A DNA stretch of 64,000 nt, taken from Takakia lepidozioides (Eukaryota; Plantae; Bryophyta). The position numbers and the translations under genes are program-made. The notes under the pieces are model-generated. The model ran no database searches. It worked only from the letters and a program-made list of their open reading frames with translations, and was not told the origin of the DNA. How positions within the stretch are numbered: position 1 is the stretch's first letter; every line of letters begins with the position of its first letter. Below, piece after piece: positions 63,881-64,000 of the stretch. Location: contig CM060734.1 in assembly GCA_030704615.1 (NCBI GenBank), positions 47,492,001 through 47,556,000 of the forward strand. The letters run 5' to 3'.

Positions 63881-64000
63881 TGTAGTGGATGTGCTCACCT
63901 CTTGTTTCACATGAACTGTGCCCTTCTGCTGCACGACTGATGCTGCAGTGCCAGGGGTAACTACTGATCCTGCTGATTGTCTTCTCTCTTTTCCAAGGAC

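Overview
Eukaryotic nuclear DNA from a land plant. Gene density, short introns and gene content suggest a non-seed plant such as a bryophyte or lycophyte (inference). 1-51.4 kb is gene-rich: 5' exon of a group C bZIP (-), DnaJ/DnaJ-X chaperone (-), peroxisomal NAD carrier PXN (-), an intron-rich bacterial/fungal-type D-erythronate-dehydrogenase-like SDR (-) with a deleted tandem relic, a PIF/Harbinger-type non-autonomous element carrying a plastid trnV-UAC fragment, an ankyrin-PGG protein (+), a plastid-targeted PptH-like metallophosphoesterase (-) with two relic copies and a LINE-filled 4.9 kb first intron, a DCN1-like gene (+), a CGR2/3-type pectin methyltransferase (+) and an intronless MRM1/RlmB-type rRNA methyltransferase (-). 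A family of 5'-truncated LINE 3' ends with (CT)n tails occurs six times. 51.5-64 kb is a transposon cluster: a degenerate Ty3/Gypsy element with a dUTPase-like segment, and a Mutator-like DNA transposon whose transposase combines a GCM-type zinc domain, a DDE core, an unnamed 4-Cys domain and a SWIM finger. Both elements can be reassembled by undoing three neighbouring inversions. All gene models were read by eye without database searches.
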